A stretch of DNA of 64,000 nt from Candidatus Cloacimonadales bacterium (GCA_963678315.1 OY782781.1:1696001-1760000); one strand, 5' to 3'; shown: positions 1 through 9,298, counted from the first letter of the stretch. Notes: a model not told the origin generated them from the letters alone. Numbers and translations: made by a program.

Positions 1-188
1 ATTTGAGAATTTGTAGTGCCTTTCCTGGTAATGCTTATGTTGGCGATTTTGATATTGAAACAGGTACTTACAATATATGTGTAAAATATTTCAATAATTC
101 TGGTCTTCTTTTATACCAAGATTTTAAAGAGAACTTTGTGATTGATGAAGATAATTTTAATGTAATTGAATCAAAATTTCTTAAATAG
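1..188 (+). CDS. 3' end of a hypothetical protein running in from upstream of the window
   Basis: Frame open from the window edge to TAG at 186-188, immediately followed by the AGGAG RBS of the next gene. Confidence 0.6.
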   Translation, partial: LRICSAFPGNAYVGDFDIETGTYNICVKYFNNSGLLLYQDFKENFVIDEDNFNVIESKFLK

Positions 189-196
189 GAGATACA

Positions 197-1216
197 ATGA
201 AGAGGATAATATTAGGACTATTCATATCCTTGCTTCTCATAAGCTGTAGTTCAAACAAAAACAAGATAGATGAGGAACCAGCTTGGATTAACAACCCTAA
301 AGCTTTGTATCCAGATGGTTTATACTTATCTGCTGTAGGATATGGCTCTTCAAGAAGAGCTGCTGAATCCGACGCCATGGGGTCTATCGCAAGAATCTTT
401 AAGACAGAGATAAAAGCTGAAGATAAGTTTACTGAAAGACTTAAAGAAATATCCATAAATGATGAAAGCCAAGTTTCTATGTTTGCTGAAAATGAAAAGT
501 CTATTTCCATGCATGCAGAAGAGGATTTGATTAATATCGAGATAGGCGAGACTTACGTTAACAAACTTGGAAGAGTCTATTGCTTAGCCTACATAAACAG
601 AAGTAATACTGCTGATATTTATGCTGAGAAAATACAACAAATTGAAAACAAGATTAATTACTATCTAAGCAAATCAGATGCAACAGATAGCTACTATTTG
701 AAATACTCTTATCTAACATCAGCTGTAGCACTAGCGCATCAGAATAAAGTTCTTCTCGAACAACTATCGATTATTTCAATAGATGATTATGAGCTTATAA
801 GAATAAGAGACAAGACTGCTGAAGTAGAAGCGATTCTAGGTCAAGTAGCATCAGAAATAAGCTTCTCCATTAGCTTTGCTGATGATGAAAATGGATTCTT
901 TGAAAATACAGTAAGTCAAGTTATCAACGACTTAAACTTCAATGTAGTACAAGAAGGATCAATGATTGAGATTATTGGAAATGTTGATTATCAACAGGTA
1001 AAACTTGATAGATCAGAAAAGTTCTACAAGTATGACTTCATACTAAAACTACAGGATAATCAAGGGAATGTAGTTGCTTCTCTAAATAAGAAAGGTAGAG
1101 CAGGTAGCATTAGCTATTCAGAAGCAAAGAATAAAGCCAAAAGACTGGTTCAAAAAGATATAGAATCTAATCTAGAAAGGAAGATTCTTAACTACTTTGA
1201 TAGTCTTGTGAAATAA
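197..1216 (+). CDS. LPP20-like lipoprotein
   Basis: Signal peptide with lipobox LISC; PAW..P..YP..LYLSAVG.G motif typical of LPP20-type domains; AGGAG RBS. Confidence 0.7.
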   Translation: MKRIILGLFISLLLISCSSNKNKIDEEPAWINNPKALYPDGLYLSAVGYGSSRRAAESDAMGSIARIFKTEIKAEDKFTERLKEISINDESQVSMFAENEKSISMHAEEDLINIEIGETYVNKLGRVYCLAYINRSNTADIYAEKIQQIENKINYYLSKSDATDSYYLKYSYLTSAVALAHQNKVLLEQLSIISIDDYELIRIRDKTAEVEAILGQVASEISFSISFADDENGFFENTVSQVINDLNFNVVQEGSMIEIIGNVDYQQVKLDRSEKFYKYDFILKLQDNQGNVVASLNKKGRAGSISYSEAKNKAKRLVQKDIESNLERKILNYFDSLVK

Positions 1217-1237
1217 ACTATTAATTTAAAACAAGCA

Positions 1238-1267
1238 AAAGGAGAAGTCAACAGAGGCTTCTCCTTT
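1238..1267. terminator. Bidirectional intrinsic terminator
   Basis: AAAGGAGAAGTC-loop-GGCTTCTCCTTT hairpin between convergent genes. Confidence 0.75.
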
Positions 1268-1291
1268 AACTATTCTATTAAGAATAAGAAA

Positions 1292-2392
1292 TTAATCTCC
1301 TAAATTTATGTTAATTCCTCTAGCTGTTTTGATAATATCACTATTCAAATCAATTAGGTTATATTGTTTTATTGCTTCAGATATCTTAACTGTAGAAAGA
1401 GTTGGATGAGTATAGCATACCATTTGACCATACTGTTTATTTAAAGCCATTTCAAAAGCTTTAACACCGAATTGAGCAGCCAAAACTCTATCAAATGAGT
1501 TTGGTATACCACCACGTTGTAAATGACCAAGAATTGTCTTTCTAATCTCTACATCTAAATTCAAATCTTCTATTTCTTGAACAAGTCTATCTGCTGCACC
1601 TTTCAAATGAATCTCGTGGGATTCTTTAGTTAACTTACCTTCATTGGACATCTCTCCACCAATAGGTTTTGCTCCTTCTGCTATAACAATAACTGCGAAT
1701 CCAGCACCTTTATTCATTCTTGATATTAGCTTCTGTTTGATTGATTCCATATCATAAGGTATTTCAGGAATTAAGCAAATCTCTGCTCCACCAGCAATTG
1801 CAGCATGTAGAGCAATCCAACCAGCATATCGCCCCATTACTTCTAAGACGAGTATTCTATGATGACTGCTGGCTGTAGTTACTAGTTTATCAATGGCATC
1901 TGTAGCAACTTCTACAGCAGTTTGGAATCCGAAAGTGAAGTCTGTAAATGAAAGGTCATTGTCGATTGTTTTAGGTACGCCAATAATAGGGCATCCTTTC
2001 TCATAGAGTTTCTGAGATATACGTTGAGAACCATCACCACCAATGTTAATAATTGCTTCAAAGCCTTCATATTGGAAGCGTTTAATAAGATCATCAGACC
2101 TATCTACAAGACTAATATTCCCTTCCATATCCTTAACTGGCCAGGCAAAAGGTCCACCTTTATTAGTGGTCCCAATGATTGTACCACCTTTTACATGGAT
2201 ACCTGAGACTACTTCAGGAGTAAGTTTAACTAGATTCATGGGGTCTTGTAGTATTCCATTAAAGGCATCAATACTACCAATAATCTCCCAGTTATCATTC
2301 TCCAAACTGGCTCTTTTAACAATTCCTCTGATAACAGCGTTCAATCCTGGACAATCTCCACCACCAGTTGCAACTAAAAGTCTTCTTTTCAT
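1292..2392 (-). CDS. pfkA: 6-phosphofructokinase (PfkA family)
   Basis: GGDCPGLN, GGDGS, PKTIDND, EVMGR and LGHLQRGG motifs; GAGGT RBS. Confidence 0.93.
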   Translation of the reverse strand: MKRRLLVATGGGDCPGLNAVIRGIVKRASLENDNWEIIGSIDAFNGILQDPMNLVKLTPEVVSGIHVKGGTIIGTTNKGGPFAWPVKDMEGNISLVDRSDDLIKRFQYEGFEAIINIGGDGSQRISQKLYEKGCPIIGVPKTIDNDLSFTDFTFGFQTAVEVATDAIDKLVTTASSHHRILVLEVMGRYAGWIALHAAIAGGAEICLIPEIPYDMESIKQKLISRMNKGAGFAVIVIAEGAKPIGGEMSNEGKLTKESHEIHLKGAADRLVQEIEDLNLDVEIRKTILGHLQRGGIPNSFDRVLAAQFGVKAFEMALNKQYGQMVCYTHPTLSTVKISEAIKQYNLIDLNSDIIKTARGININLGD

Positions 2393-2478
2393 GTGACCTC
2401 CATCTTTCTAAATCAATTTATTTATGGAATCATTATCTTAGTCAAGAAAAGAATTCATTATCCAGAATCAAAAGAATC

Positions 2479-3483
2479 TTAATTATCTAAATAGTAGTCT
2501 TGATTAGCAAGAATAATCTTCTTCATCCATTTAATTGCTTGAATAGGATGCTTACCAATAGCTGTTTCATCAGATAAGGTGAGTCCACTAGCTCCGTCAA
2601 ATACAGCATTACCAATATCTGATATTTCAGCTCTTGTAGGAAGTGGGTTCTCAACCATGGATTCAAGCATTTGAGTTGCTACAAAGAAGGGTTTATTTAA
2701 TGAATTGCATAATTTACTAAGGTCTTTCTGTATTGAAGGAAGCTTTTCTAAGGATACCTCTACACCTAAATCCCCTCTAGCAATATAAACATAGTCAGAG
2801 TTGTTAATTATTTCTTCTGCATTATGAAGTGAATAGGATGTTTCAAACTTACTCAATATATTTACTTGCTTATCTTTAAGTAGTTGCTTAACTTCATCAA
2901 TATCTTCTTTAGATTCAACAAAAGATAGAGCGTAGTAGTCTGGTGAATACTTTAGACTCTCAGTAATTATCTCCTTGTCTGATTCAGAAAGGAAGTTTCT
3001 ATGGGTCTTGGTGTTTACTAAGGAAATATGAGGATTAGCTCTCAATTTAACTGCATCATAAATGCTTATGGTGAAGAATGACTTGTTTACTTCAATTATC
3101 ATTGCTTGAGCCTGTCCATCTTGTAAGAAGACCCTTGTACCTTCTCTAACTGATTTAGTATCTATTTCTCTAGATAGGTACAAGCCGTTATCAACTTCAT
3201 TAAAATGAATATTTAGTTTTTGTCTGCTTTTAATGTTTAAGCTCTTTTTTATTCCCTTTATCCTTAGTTCAGGTCCAGGCAAGTCTATCATTACTTTTAC
3301 TTTATCTCCAAACATGCTAGCTATATCTAAGGTAATGTAAAAGTTATGTAGTTGCTTCAATGAAGTATGGGACATGTTAATTCTTGCGATTGTCATTCCT
3401 TCATGCATGAAAGAATTGAGTAGCTCAGGGGTGATAGTCTTTGTGTTAATTGTACAGATTATTTCAGGTTTAAGTTCTTTCAT
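2479..3483 (-). CDS. pyk: Pyruvate kinase, short form lacking the C-terminal domain
   Basis: RINMSH, DLPGPELR, ARGDLGVE, ATQMLESM, PTRAE and LSDETAIG motifs; only 334 aa. Confidence 0.88.
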   Translation of the reverse strand: MKELKPEIICTINTKTITPELLNSFMHEGMTIARINMSHTSLKQLHNFYITLDIASMFGDKVKVMIDLPGPELRIKGIKKSLNIKSRQKLNIHFNEVDNGLYLSREIDTKSVREGTRVFLQDGQAQAMIIEVNKSFFTISIYDAVKLRANPHISLVNTKTHRNFLSESDKEIITESLKYSPDYYALSFVESKEDIDEVKQLLKDKQVNILSKFETSYSLHNAEEIINNSDYVYIARGDLGVEVSLEKLPSIQKDLSKLCNSLNKPFFVATQMLESMVENPLPTRAEISDIGNAVFDGASGLTLSDETAIGKHPIQAIKWMKKIILANQDYYLDN

Positions 3484-4093
3484 AGAATGGCTTGATCTCC
3501 CTGCTGGCTATATTTTTAATTGTGCTAATAAAATTATCTATTCCCTTGATAAGATTGCTTTCACTAGTATTGTTAGAGATAGAGTAATCGGCAAGTTTAA
3601 GCTTATCACTTGACGGCATCTGAGAATCAATTATTCTCTGTGCTTGTTCTTCTGAAAAGTTATTTCTTTTTATTAGTCTTTTCAATTGAATCTCTTTAGC
3701 AATATCAATCACTAAAATGCAATCAAACATGGTAGCCATATTTGCTTCAAAGAGAAGTGGAACTTCAAAGAAAATAACTTTCTCCTTGCTCTTATCAACT
3801 AAGTCTTGCATTGTTTTGAATATCTGTGGGTGAGTTATAGAATTTAATGTTTCAAGCTTACTTTTATCTTTGAATACAATCTCTCTAACTTCTTGTCTAT
3901 CAATATTACCGTTTACTATTACACTATGTCCAAAATTAGTTACTAAATCTTGTTTCACTTCAGGATAATCAAGTACATCATGCCCAATCTTATCTGTATA
4001 ATATATCTTAAAACCTTTGCTTTCAAGGTATTTTGAAGCTGTGGATTTGCCAGAAGCAATTGAACCAGTAATCCCAATAATAAGAGGTCGCAT
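3470..4093 (-). CDS. coaE: Dephospho-CoA kinase
   Basis: IGITGSIASGKST P-loop, LNSITHP, EVPLLFE, RIIDSQM. Confidence 0.95.
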   Translation of the reverse strand: MRPLIIGITGSIASGKSTASKYLESKGFKIYYTDKIGHDVLDYPEVKQDLVTNFGHSVIVNGNIDRQEVREIVFKDKSKLETLNSITHPQIFKTMQDLVDKSKEKVIFFEVPLLFEANMATMFDCILVIDIAKEIQLKRLIKRNNFSEEQAQRIIDSQMPSSDKLKLADYSISNNTSESNLIKGIDNFISTIKNIASREIKPFYERT

Positions 4094-5292
4094 TATAAAA
4101 TATTGAATCCTTGATTGTTAATTGCTTGCAGGGTCTTTAGGAATCTTACATTAGCTTGAACATCATGAACTCTAATTATTTCTACTCCGTTATTATATGC
4201 AATAGCCGTAGTAGCTAGAGTTCCTTCTAATCGGTCTTTAGCCTCAGATTGATATATATTGTTGATAAAGCTCTTTCTTGAAGCACCCAAGAGAATATCA
4301 CATCCAAGAATATTAAATTCATCTATTCGTTTAAGTATTTCAAGATTATCAGTTTGCCTTTTCCCGAATCCTATACCTGGATCTAGGATTATTCTATCTC
4401 TTGAAATTCCTGCTGATTCGCATTGTTTAAGCTTTTTATCGAAGAAGGTAAATATAGAATTGATAATATTATCATAATTAGGATTATCTTGCATGGTCTC
4501 AGGGTTTCCTAGCATGTGCATCAGACATATTTTCACTTGAGGGTTAGCTTTTATAACATTGAGCATATCTTGATCTCCATCAAGAGCCCAAATGTCATTT
4601 ACAATATTAGCACCAGCTTCAATCGCTTGTCTGGCTACTTCAGCTTTATAAGTATCAATTGAGATAGCTATATCACTCACCTTTCTTAAGGCATTTATCA
4701 CTGGAATAGTCCTTTTGAGCTCTTCTTCTAAAGAGACTCTCTGTGAGCCAGGTCTTGTTGATTCTCCACCAATGTCGATAATTGATGCACCTTCTTCTTT
4801 AAGCTTCAAGGCATGGTCTACAGCTTCTTTTACATCCCCATAAGAGTTACCATCAGAGAATGAATCTGGTGTTACATTTAGAATCCCCATAACTTGTGGA
4901 AGGAAGTCTTTTCCTCTATCATAAGAATGGTTAAAGAGCATTTGAGAACGTAATGAACTAAGTTGGTCTCTTATTTGAGGTAAGCCCATTGAAGTGTAGT
5001 GTCGCATTCTTGTTATGAGTGCTAGCAACTTATTTGCTCCTCCCATTATTAACAAGTTAGAGCTTTTCTTTTTTCCCTCAACAATACCTCTACTCATGGC
5101 GCAATCAGCTCCAATAATCAGACATTCTTGCTTCATGATGTTGGCTGCAGCAGTTTCTACATTATACAGTAAGACACTTTTTCCTACTGCTTTGGGAGCC
5201 ATTACTTCAACACCTTGACTTGAAACTCCTATCTGTTTAAGGATTTCTCTAGCATCGTGAATTGTCTTTATTGTTAATACTCTATTTTGCAT
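4093..5292 (-). CDS. folP: Dihydropteroate synthase with about 130-aa N-terminal extension
   Basis: MGILNVTPDSFSDG, IDIGGESTRPG, LDPGIGFGK, SRKSF, RVHDV. Confidence 0.95.
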   Translation of the reverse strand: MQNRVLTIKTIHDAREILKQIGVSSQGVEVMAPKAVGKSVLLYNVETAAANIMKQECLIIGADCAMSRGIVEGKKKSSNLLIMGGANKLLALITRMRHYTSMGLPQIRDQLSSLRSQMLFNHSYDRGKDFLPQVMGILNVTPDSFSDGNSYGDVKEAVDHALKLKEEGASIIDIGGESTRPGSQRVSLEEELKRTIPVINALRKVSDIAISIDTYKAEVARQAIEAGANIVNDIWALDGDQDMLNVIKANPQVKICLMHMLGNPETMQDNPNYDNIINSIFTFFDKKLKQCESAGISRDRIILDPGIGFGKRQTDNLEILKRIDEFNILGCDILLGASRKSFINNIYQSEAKDRLEGTLATTAIAYNNGVEIIRVHDVQANVRFLKTLQAINNQGFNIL

Positions 5293-5303
5293 AATAAATT
5301 CTC

Positions 5304-6101
5304 CTAGTTCTGGTTGATATCAACAAGTTTATTCTTATATTCAAGAACATAAGTCCCTGATGAAATAGAAGCTAACTTTCGATTATCATCTGCGTCTTTT
5401 AGAACCCCAATCACCCAAATAGCTAGTTCACTAACTCCAGATAATTTCACTGGTTCATTGCTAAGTTTACCATCTTTAATTACGAATAGAATCTTGCAGA
5501 GCTGAGTTACTTTCTCATCTGGATTATACTCTTTCCCTGCAAAGATTGACCTTATCTGAGAATCATCACCACCATAGTTAGGGTCTTTAAAGAAGTCTTC
5601 AGTCCCTGTGAAAGAAATGAAGATTGTATCTTGCTTTGTTTTACTAAATTTCTTTGTGTTTACCTTGATAGGGTCTTTATCACCTAATGATTCATGCAAG
5701 TCATGAGTATCGTAATTGATGATGTGGGAATTAGGAGCAAAGAGGTCTTCATTTTCTTTAGAGAATGTTGAAGCAGTGTGAGTTCTATTAGTGAATTTAT
5801 CATCATCTTCGAAAAGATTGAATTCATAGTCTTCGTTTGCTTCAGTTTCATCCCCTTTAATCTTGGGATTATCAAGTTTTTGTAATGGGATAGAACTCTT
5901 TTCTTTCTGCACTTGTTGAGATACTTTCACTTGCAGTTCAGGTTTTTCAATAACAGACTCCATATCTTCTATTTTTTCAACTTCTATTGCAAGTTCATGC
6001 TTAATTGACTCTTCAGCTTCAGGCATCTGAATACTGATGAGGAATATCCCTGCATGAAGAACAAGAGAGATAATAATAGAAAGTCTTAGATAGTTTTTCA
6101 T
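5304..6101 (-). CDS. Putative TonB/TolA-like energy transducer with divergent C-terminus
   Basis: N-terminal TM helix with S-x3-H motif (SLVLH); charged linker; directly follows exbB-exbD. Confidence 0.55.
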   Translation of the reverse strand: MKNYLRLSIIISLVLHAGIFLISIQMPEAEESIKHELAIEVEKIEDMESVIEKPELQVKVSQQVQKEKSSIPLQKLDNPKIKGDETEANEDYEFNLFEDDDKFTNRTHTASTFSKENEDLFAPNSHIINYDTHDLHESLGDKDPIKVNTKKFSKTKQDTIFISFTGTEDFFKDPNYGGDDSQIRSIFAGKEYNPDEKVTQLCKILFVIKDGKLSNEPVKLSGVSELAIWVIGVLKDADDNRKLASISSGTYVLEYKNKLVDINQN

Positions 6102-6103
6102 TG

Positions 6104-6517
6104 TTAATTAGAAGTGTATTTTGTAGGGTAAGATATCTTCTTAGCCCCTAGATTAGTTATTATATCATGAACTGGAACAATATGCTTCCAAGTTACTTCT
6201 TCATCAACCCATATCTCTACTTTAGCAGACTCATCTTCTTCTAATCTAGCTTTAACTTCAGCTGTAAATGCTTCTTGACTATATATTTTATCTTTGTTAT
6301 CAATTGCAAGTTCATTATCCTTAGTAATGATTACCTTTATCACGTTTCCAGAAGGAAGCTTTGAGGTACTGATTGAGTTTGGAAGATTGACTCCAATTGA
6401 ATTGATGTTTACAAAGTTACTTGAAAGAAGCAAGAATATAATAAGCAAGAAAACAACATCTGTCATTGAAATCAAAACAGTAGAGGTAATCTTTTTCTTT
6501 TTTACTTCAAGTTTCAT
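6104..6517 (-). CDS. exbD: ExbD/TolR family biopolymer transport protein
   Basis: MTDVVFLLIIF TM segment with the conserved Asp; VNLP motif. Confidence 0.88.
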   Translation of the reverse strand: MKLEVKKKKITSTVLISMTDVVFLLIIFLLLSSNFVNINSIGVNLPNSISTSKLPSGNVIKVIITKDNELAIDNKDKIYSQEAFTAEVKARLEEDESAKVEIWVDEEVTWKHIVPVHDIITNLGAKKISYPTKYTSN

Positions 6518-7125
6518 TATTTTTCCCTAATAGAGTCTCTGTGTTTTAGAATTAGATGATGACCATTTTCTTCTATGTTGCTTGCTGTTTCTTCTATAAT
6601 AGCAACAAAATAGTTATTAAATATTAAGGCTATAATTCCTACAACTAGTCCCCCGATTGTAGTAAGCATGGCTTCCCAAATACCATTAGCAAGCATACTA
6701 ATATCAACGCCACCTTTAGCTATACCAATATTCATAAATACTTTAACCATACCTGATGCTGTTCCTAAAAATCCTATTAATGGAGAAACAGCAGAAAGTG
6801 TAGATAGAATACCAATATTCTTTTCTAGAACTTTAATTTCAGCCTTAGCTTTTGTTTCCATTTCTTCAGTAGCATCTTTTTCTCCATATTTTAAATATTC
6901 AACTCCTCGTTTGAGTGAATTAGGTAGGGGAGAATCAATAAGTGTGTTGTTGACATAATCTGTGATGTCTTTTAATAATACATGAGATTCAAACTCTACT
7001 TGAAACAATCTATCTTTTTTTCTTGCTTTTAAGATAACAATTAATCTCTCGATAATTACAGCTATAGTAACTATTGAAGCTACTAACAATACATACATTA
7101 ATATTCCACCACGGGCTAAAAACAT
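6517..7125 (-). CDS. exbB: ExbB/MotA/TolQ family proton channel
   Basis: SPLIGFLGTASGM and GIWEAMLTTIGGL TM motifs; GGAGG RBS. Confidence 0.88.
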   Translation of the reverse strand: MFLARGGILMYVLLVASIVTIAVIIERLIVILKARKKDRLFQVEFESHVLLKDITDYVNNTLIDSPLPNSLKRGVEYLKYGEKDATEEMETKAKAEIKVLEKNIGILSTLSAVSPLIGFLGTASGMVKVFMNIGIAKGGVDISMLANGIWEAMLTTIGGLVVGIIALIFNNYFVAIIEETASNIEENGHHLILKHRDSIREK

Positions 7126-7275
7126 TCATTCCTCCAAATGATTAATCAGATTACATTAATAATAATATCATTCTTGCTGTCAATATTCTTCTACTAGTTA
7201 TATATACTTACATACGTAAGAATAGACAGACATACAGAAAAAAGTCTTATCTTGCATGATGATAAATTAAAATTA

Positions 7276-7305
7276 TTGACATATTTAAAGACCTAAAAAT
7301 AGTAT
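7276..7305 (+). promoter_or_regulatory. Candidate sigma70 promoter for asnS, upstream of the MITE
   Basis: TTGACA (7276-7281), 18-bp spacer, TAGTAT. Confidence 0.4.
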
Positions 7306-7328
7306 AACATATATATAATAATTATTAT

Positions 7329-7489
7329 CCCAGATGATGTATTAGGCTTGACGAAAAGAGTGCAGATTCTTTCAGCAAAATAAGTTACAGAATTGAATCC
7401 TGAATAATATATATTCCGGTTGAGATTATGGAACTTATTCTTGCAAAATAATATAGTGCTATTTTTCAAGTTCTAATGCATTATGTGGG
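7329..7489. mobile_element. 161-bp MITE, copy 1
   Basis: Imperfect TIRs CCCAGATGATGTATTAG / CTAATGCATTATGTGGG; ATTAT direct repeat on both sides; homologous to 21088-21248 and 50439-50650. Confidence 0.85.
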
Positions 7490-7510
7490 ATTATATAAGG
7501 AGCAATATAT

Positions 7511-8806
7511 ATGAAAACTATATTTGTAAAAGATATAAAAGATCATGTTGGTGAAGAGATTCATTTACGTGGTTGGGTAAGAAACGTTCGCAGATCTGGT
7601 AAAATTATGTTTATCATTTTCCGTGATGGTACAGGCACTATTCAATCAATAGTTTATAAACCAACTGTTGGTGAAGAGAAATATGAAGTAGCTAAGAGTT
7701 TAACTATAGAATCTTCTTTAGAAATTTGTGGTGTTCCTAAAGTGCATCCTAAAAAAGAAGGTGTTTATGAATTAGATGTGACAGAAATTAAACCTATCTG
7801 TATCTCTCCAGAATACCCAATTGGAAAGAAAGAGCATGGTCCTGATTTCTTGCTATCTAACAGACATCTTTGGATTAGATCACCTAAACAGTGGGCAAAT
7901 TTAAAAGTACGTCATACTATCTATCATGCAATTTCTGAATATCTTAATGATAACGCTTTTACACGTTTTGATTCCCCAATCTTAACTCCTAACCCATGTG
8001 AAGGTTCAACAACTCTTTTTGAAGTTGAATACTTTGATCAAGGTTCAGCTTATCTTTCACAATCAGGTCAGCTTTATCTAGAACCAGCTATCATGACTCT
8101 AGGTCGTGTTTATGATTTCGGTCCTGTTTTTCGTGCAGAAAAATCAAAAACTCGTAAGCATCTTACTGAATTCTGGATGATGGACGCTGAAGCTGCTTTC
8201 TGTGACCATAAAGAAAACATGAAGATTCAGGAAGGACTAATCAGACACGTTATAAATTCTGTAATTGAAAAATGTCCAAAAGAGCTTGAAATTCTAGAAA
8301 GAGATGTTGAACAACTTAAAAAAGCAGATGCTCCTTTTAAAATCATGACTCACTATGAAGCAATTGAATACCTAAGAAATAAAGGTTCTGAAATTACTCA
8401 TGGAGAAGATTTAGGTGCTGTTGAAGAAGGAATGTTAACCGAAGGTTCAGATGTCCCTATCTTTATTGAAAAGTGGCCTAAAGATATCAAGGCTTTCTAT
8501 ATGAAACAAGATCCTGAAAATCCAGAATTAGTTCTTGGTTCAGACTTGATAGCTCCAGAAGGTTTCGGTGAAATCATTGGTGGTTCACAACGTGAAGATG
8601 ATTATGATACTCTTCTTGCTCGTATGCAAGAAGAAAAACTTGATATTGAAACTTATGAATGGTACCTAGATATGAGAAAATATGGTTCAGTGCCTCATAG
8701 TGGTTTTGGTATCGGACTAGAAAGATTAACTCAATGGATGACTGGTACAAAACATATCCGTGAAGTTATTCCTTTCCCAAGAATGATTCATAGAATTTAT
8801 CCATAA
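7511..8806 (+). CDS. asnS: Asparagine--tRNA ligase
   Basis: OB-fold GWV..R, YLSQSGQLY, FRAEKSKTRKHLTEFWM, EIIGGSQRE, PHSGFGIGLER. Confidence 0.95.
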   Translation: MKTIFVKDIKDHVGEEIHLRGWVRNVRRSGKIMFIIFRDGTGTIQSIVYKPTVGEEKYEVAKSLTIESSLEICGVPKVHPKKEGVYELDVTEIKPICISPEYPIGKKEHGPDFLLSNRHLWIRSPKQWANLKVRHTIYHAISEYLNDNAFTRFDSPILTPNPCEGSTTLFEVEYFDQGSAYLSQSGQLYLEPAIMTLGRVYDFGPVFRAEKSKTRKHLTEFWMMDAEAAFCDHKENMKIQEGLIRHVINSVIEKCPKELEILERDVEQLKKADAPFKIMTHYEAIEYLRNKGSEITHGEDLGAVEEGMLTEGSDVPIFIEKWPKDIKAFYMKQDPENPELVLGSDLIAPEGFGEIIGGSQREDDYDTLLARMQEEKLDIETYEWYLDMRKYGSVPHSGFGIGLERLTQWMTGTKHIREVIPFPRMIHRIYP

Positions 8807-8829
8807 AAGATTATAGATTATATATATTG

Positions 8830-8855
8830 AAAGCCCCAATTTCTGGGGCTTTTTT
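8830..8855 (+). terminator. Intrinsic terminator of asnS
   Basis: AAGCCCCA-loop-TGGGGCTT followed by a T run. Confidence 0.85.
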
Positions 8856-8887
8856 CGTTGTTCATCATTAAGGGGAGAAAGCTTCTA

Positions 8888-9150
8888 GCCTGCTAACTGG
8901 GAACGCCAGCCTCCGAGCTGGCTTGAGACGTTTACAAAACCTCTCTACAGGACTTGTACGGCCTGCTAACTGGGAACGCCAGCCTCCGAGCTGGCATGAG
9001 ACATTTACAAAACCTCTCTACAGGACTTGTACGGCCTGCTAACTGGGAACGCCAGCCTCCGAGCTGGCATGAGACGTTTACAAAACTTCTCTACAAATTC
9101 ACTTATCCCTACGTTCTAAGTGAAGCCAGCTAGCAGCTGGGGTTCCCAGT
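8888..9150. repeat. Three tandem 73-bp REP-like units plus one inverted REP copy
   Basis: GCCTGCTAACTGGGAACGCCAGCCTCCGAGCTGGC... starts at 8888, 8961 and 9034 (third copy incomplete); then an inverted related hairpin GCCAGCTAGCAGCTGGGGTTCCCAGT ending at 9150. Confidence 0.85.
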
Positions 9151-9167
9151 GTCCCCAGTAACTCCTG

Positions 9168-9219
9168 CCTTACTTGCCTCATTGAAAAAAAGCCGATTTT
9201 TCAAGGTGGCAAGTAAGGG
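9168..9219. repeat. About 50-bp palindromic element, copy 1
   Basis: CCTTACTTGCC..TTGAAAAA-loop-TTTTTCAAGGTGGCAAGTAAGG; second copy at about 54706-54756. Confidence 0.7.
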
Positions 9220-9240
9220 TAAGGTAAAATTAAAATATAT

Positions 9241-9269
9241 TTGACTAATGTTTTGCTTCTTGATATAAT
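9241..9269 (+). promoter_or_regulatory. Sigma70 promoter with extended -10
   Basis: TTGACT, 17-bp spacer, TATAAT preceded by TGn; about 30 bp upstream of the GTG start at 9299. Confidence 0.75.
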
Positions 9270-9298
9270 GACAATAAACCTTAGAAGGAAGTGTAATT

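Noticed and set aside
7329..7489. T-box leader for asnS
   Set aside because: No T-box consensus or terminator; the sequence is a dispersed TIR/TSD-bounded element
8888..9095. Mini CRISPR array (73-bp period)
   Set aside because: The would-be spacers are essentially identical, so it is a plain tandem repeat
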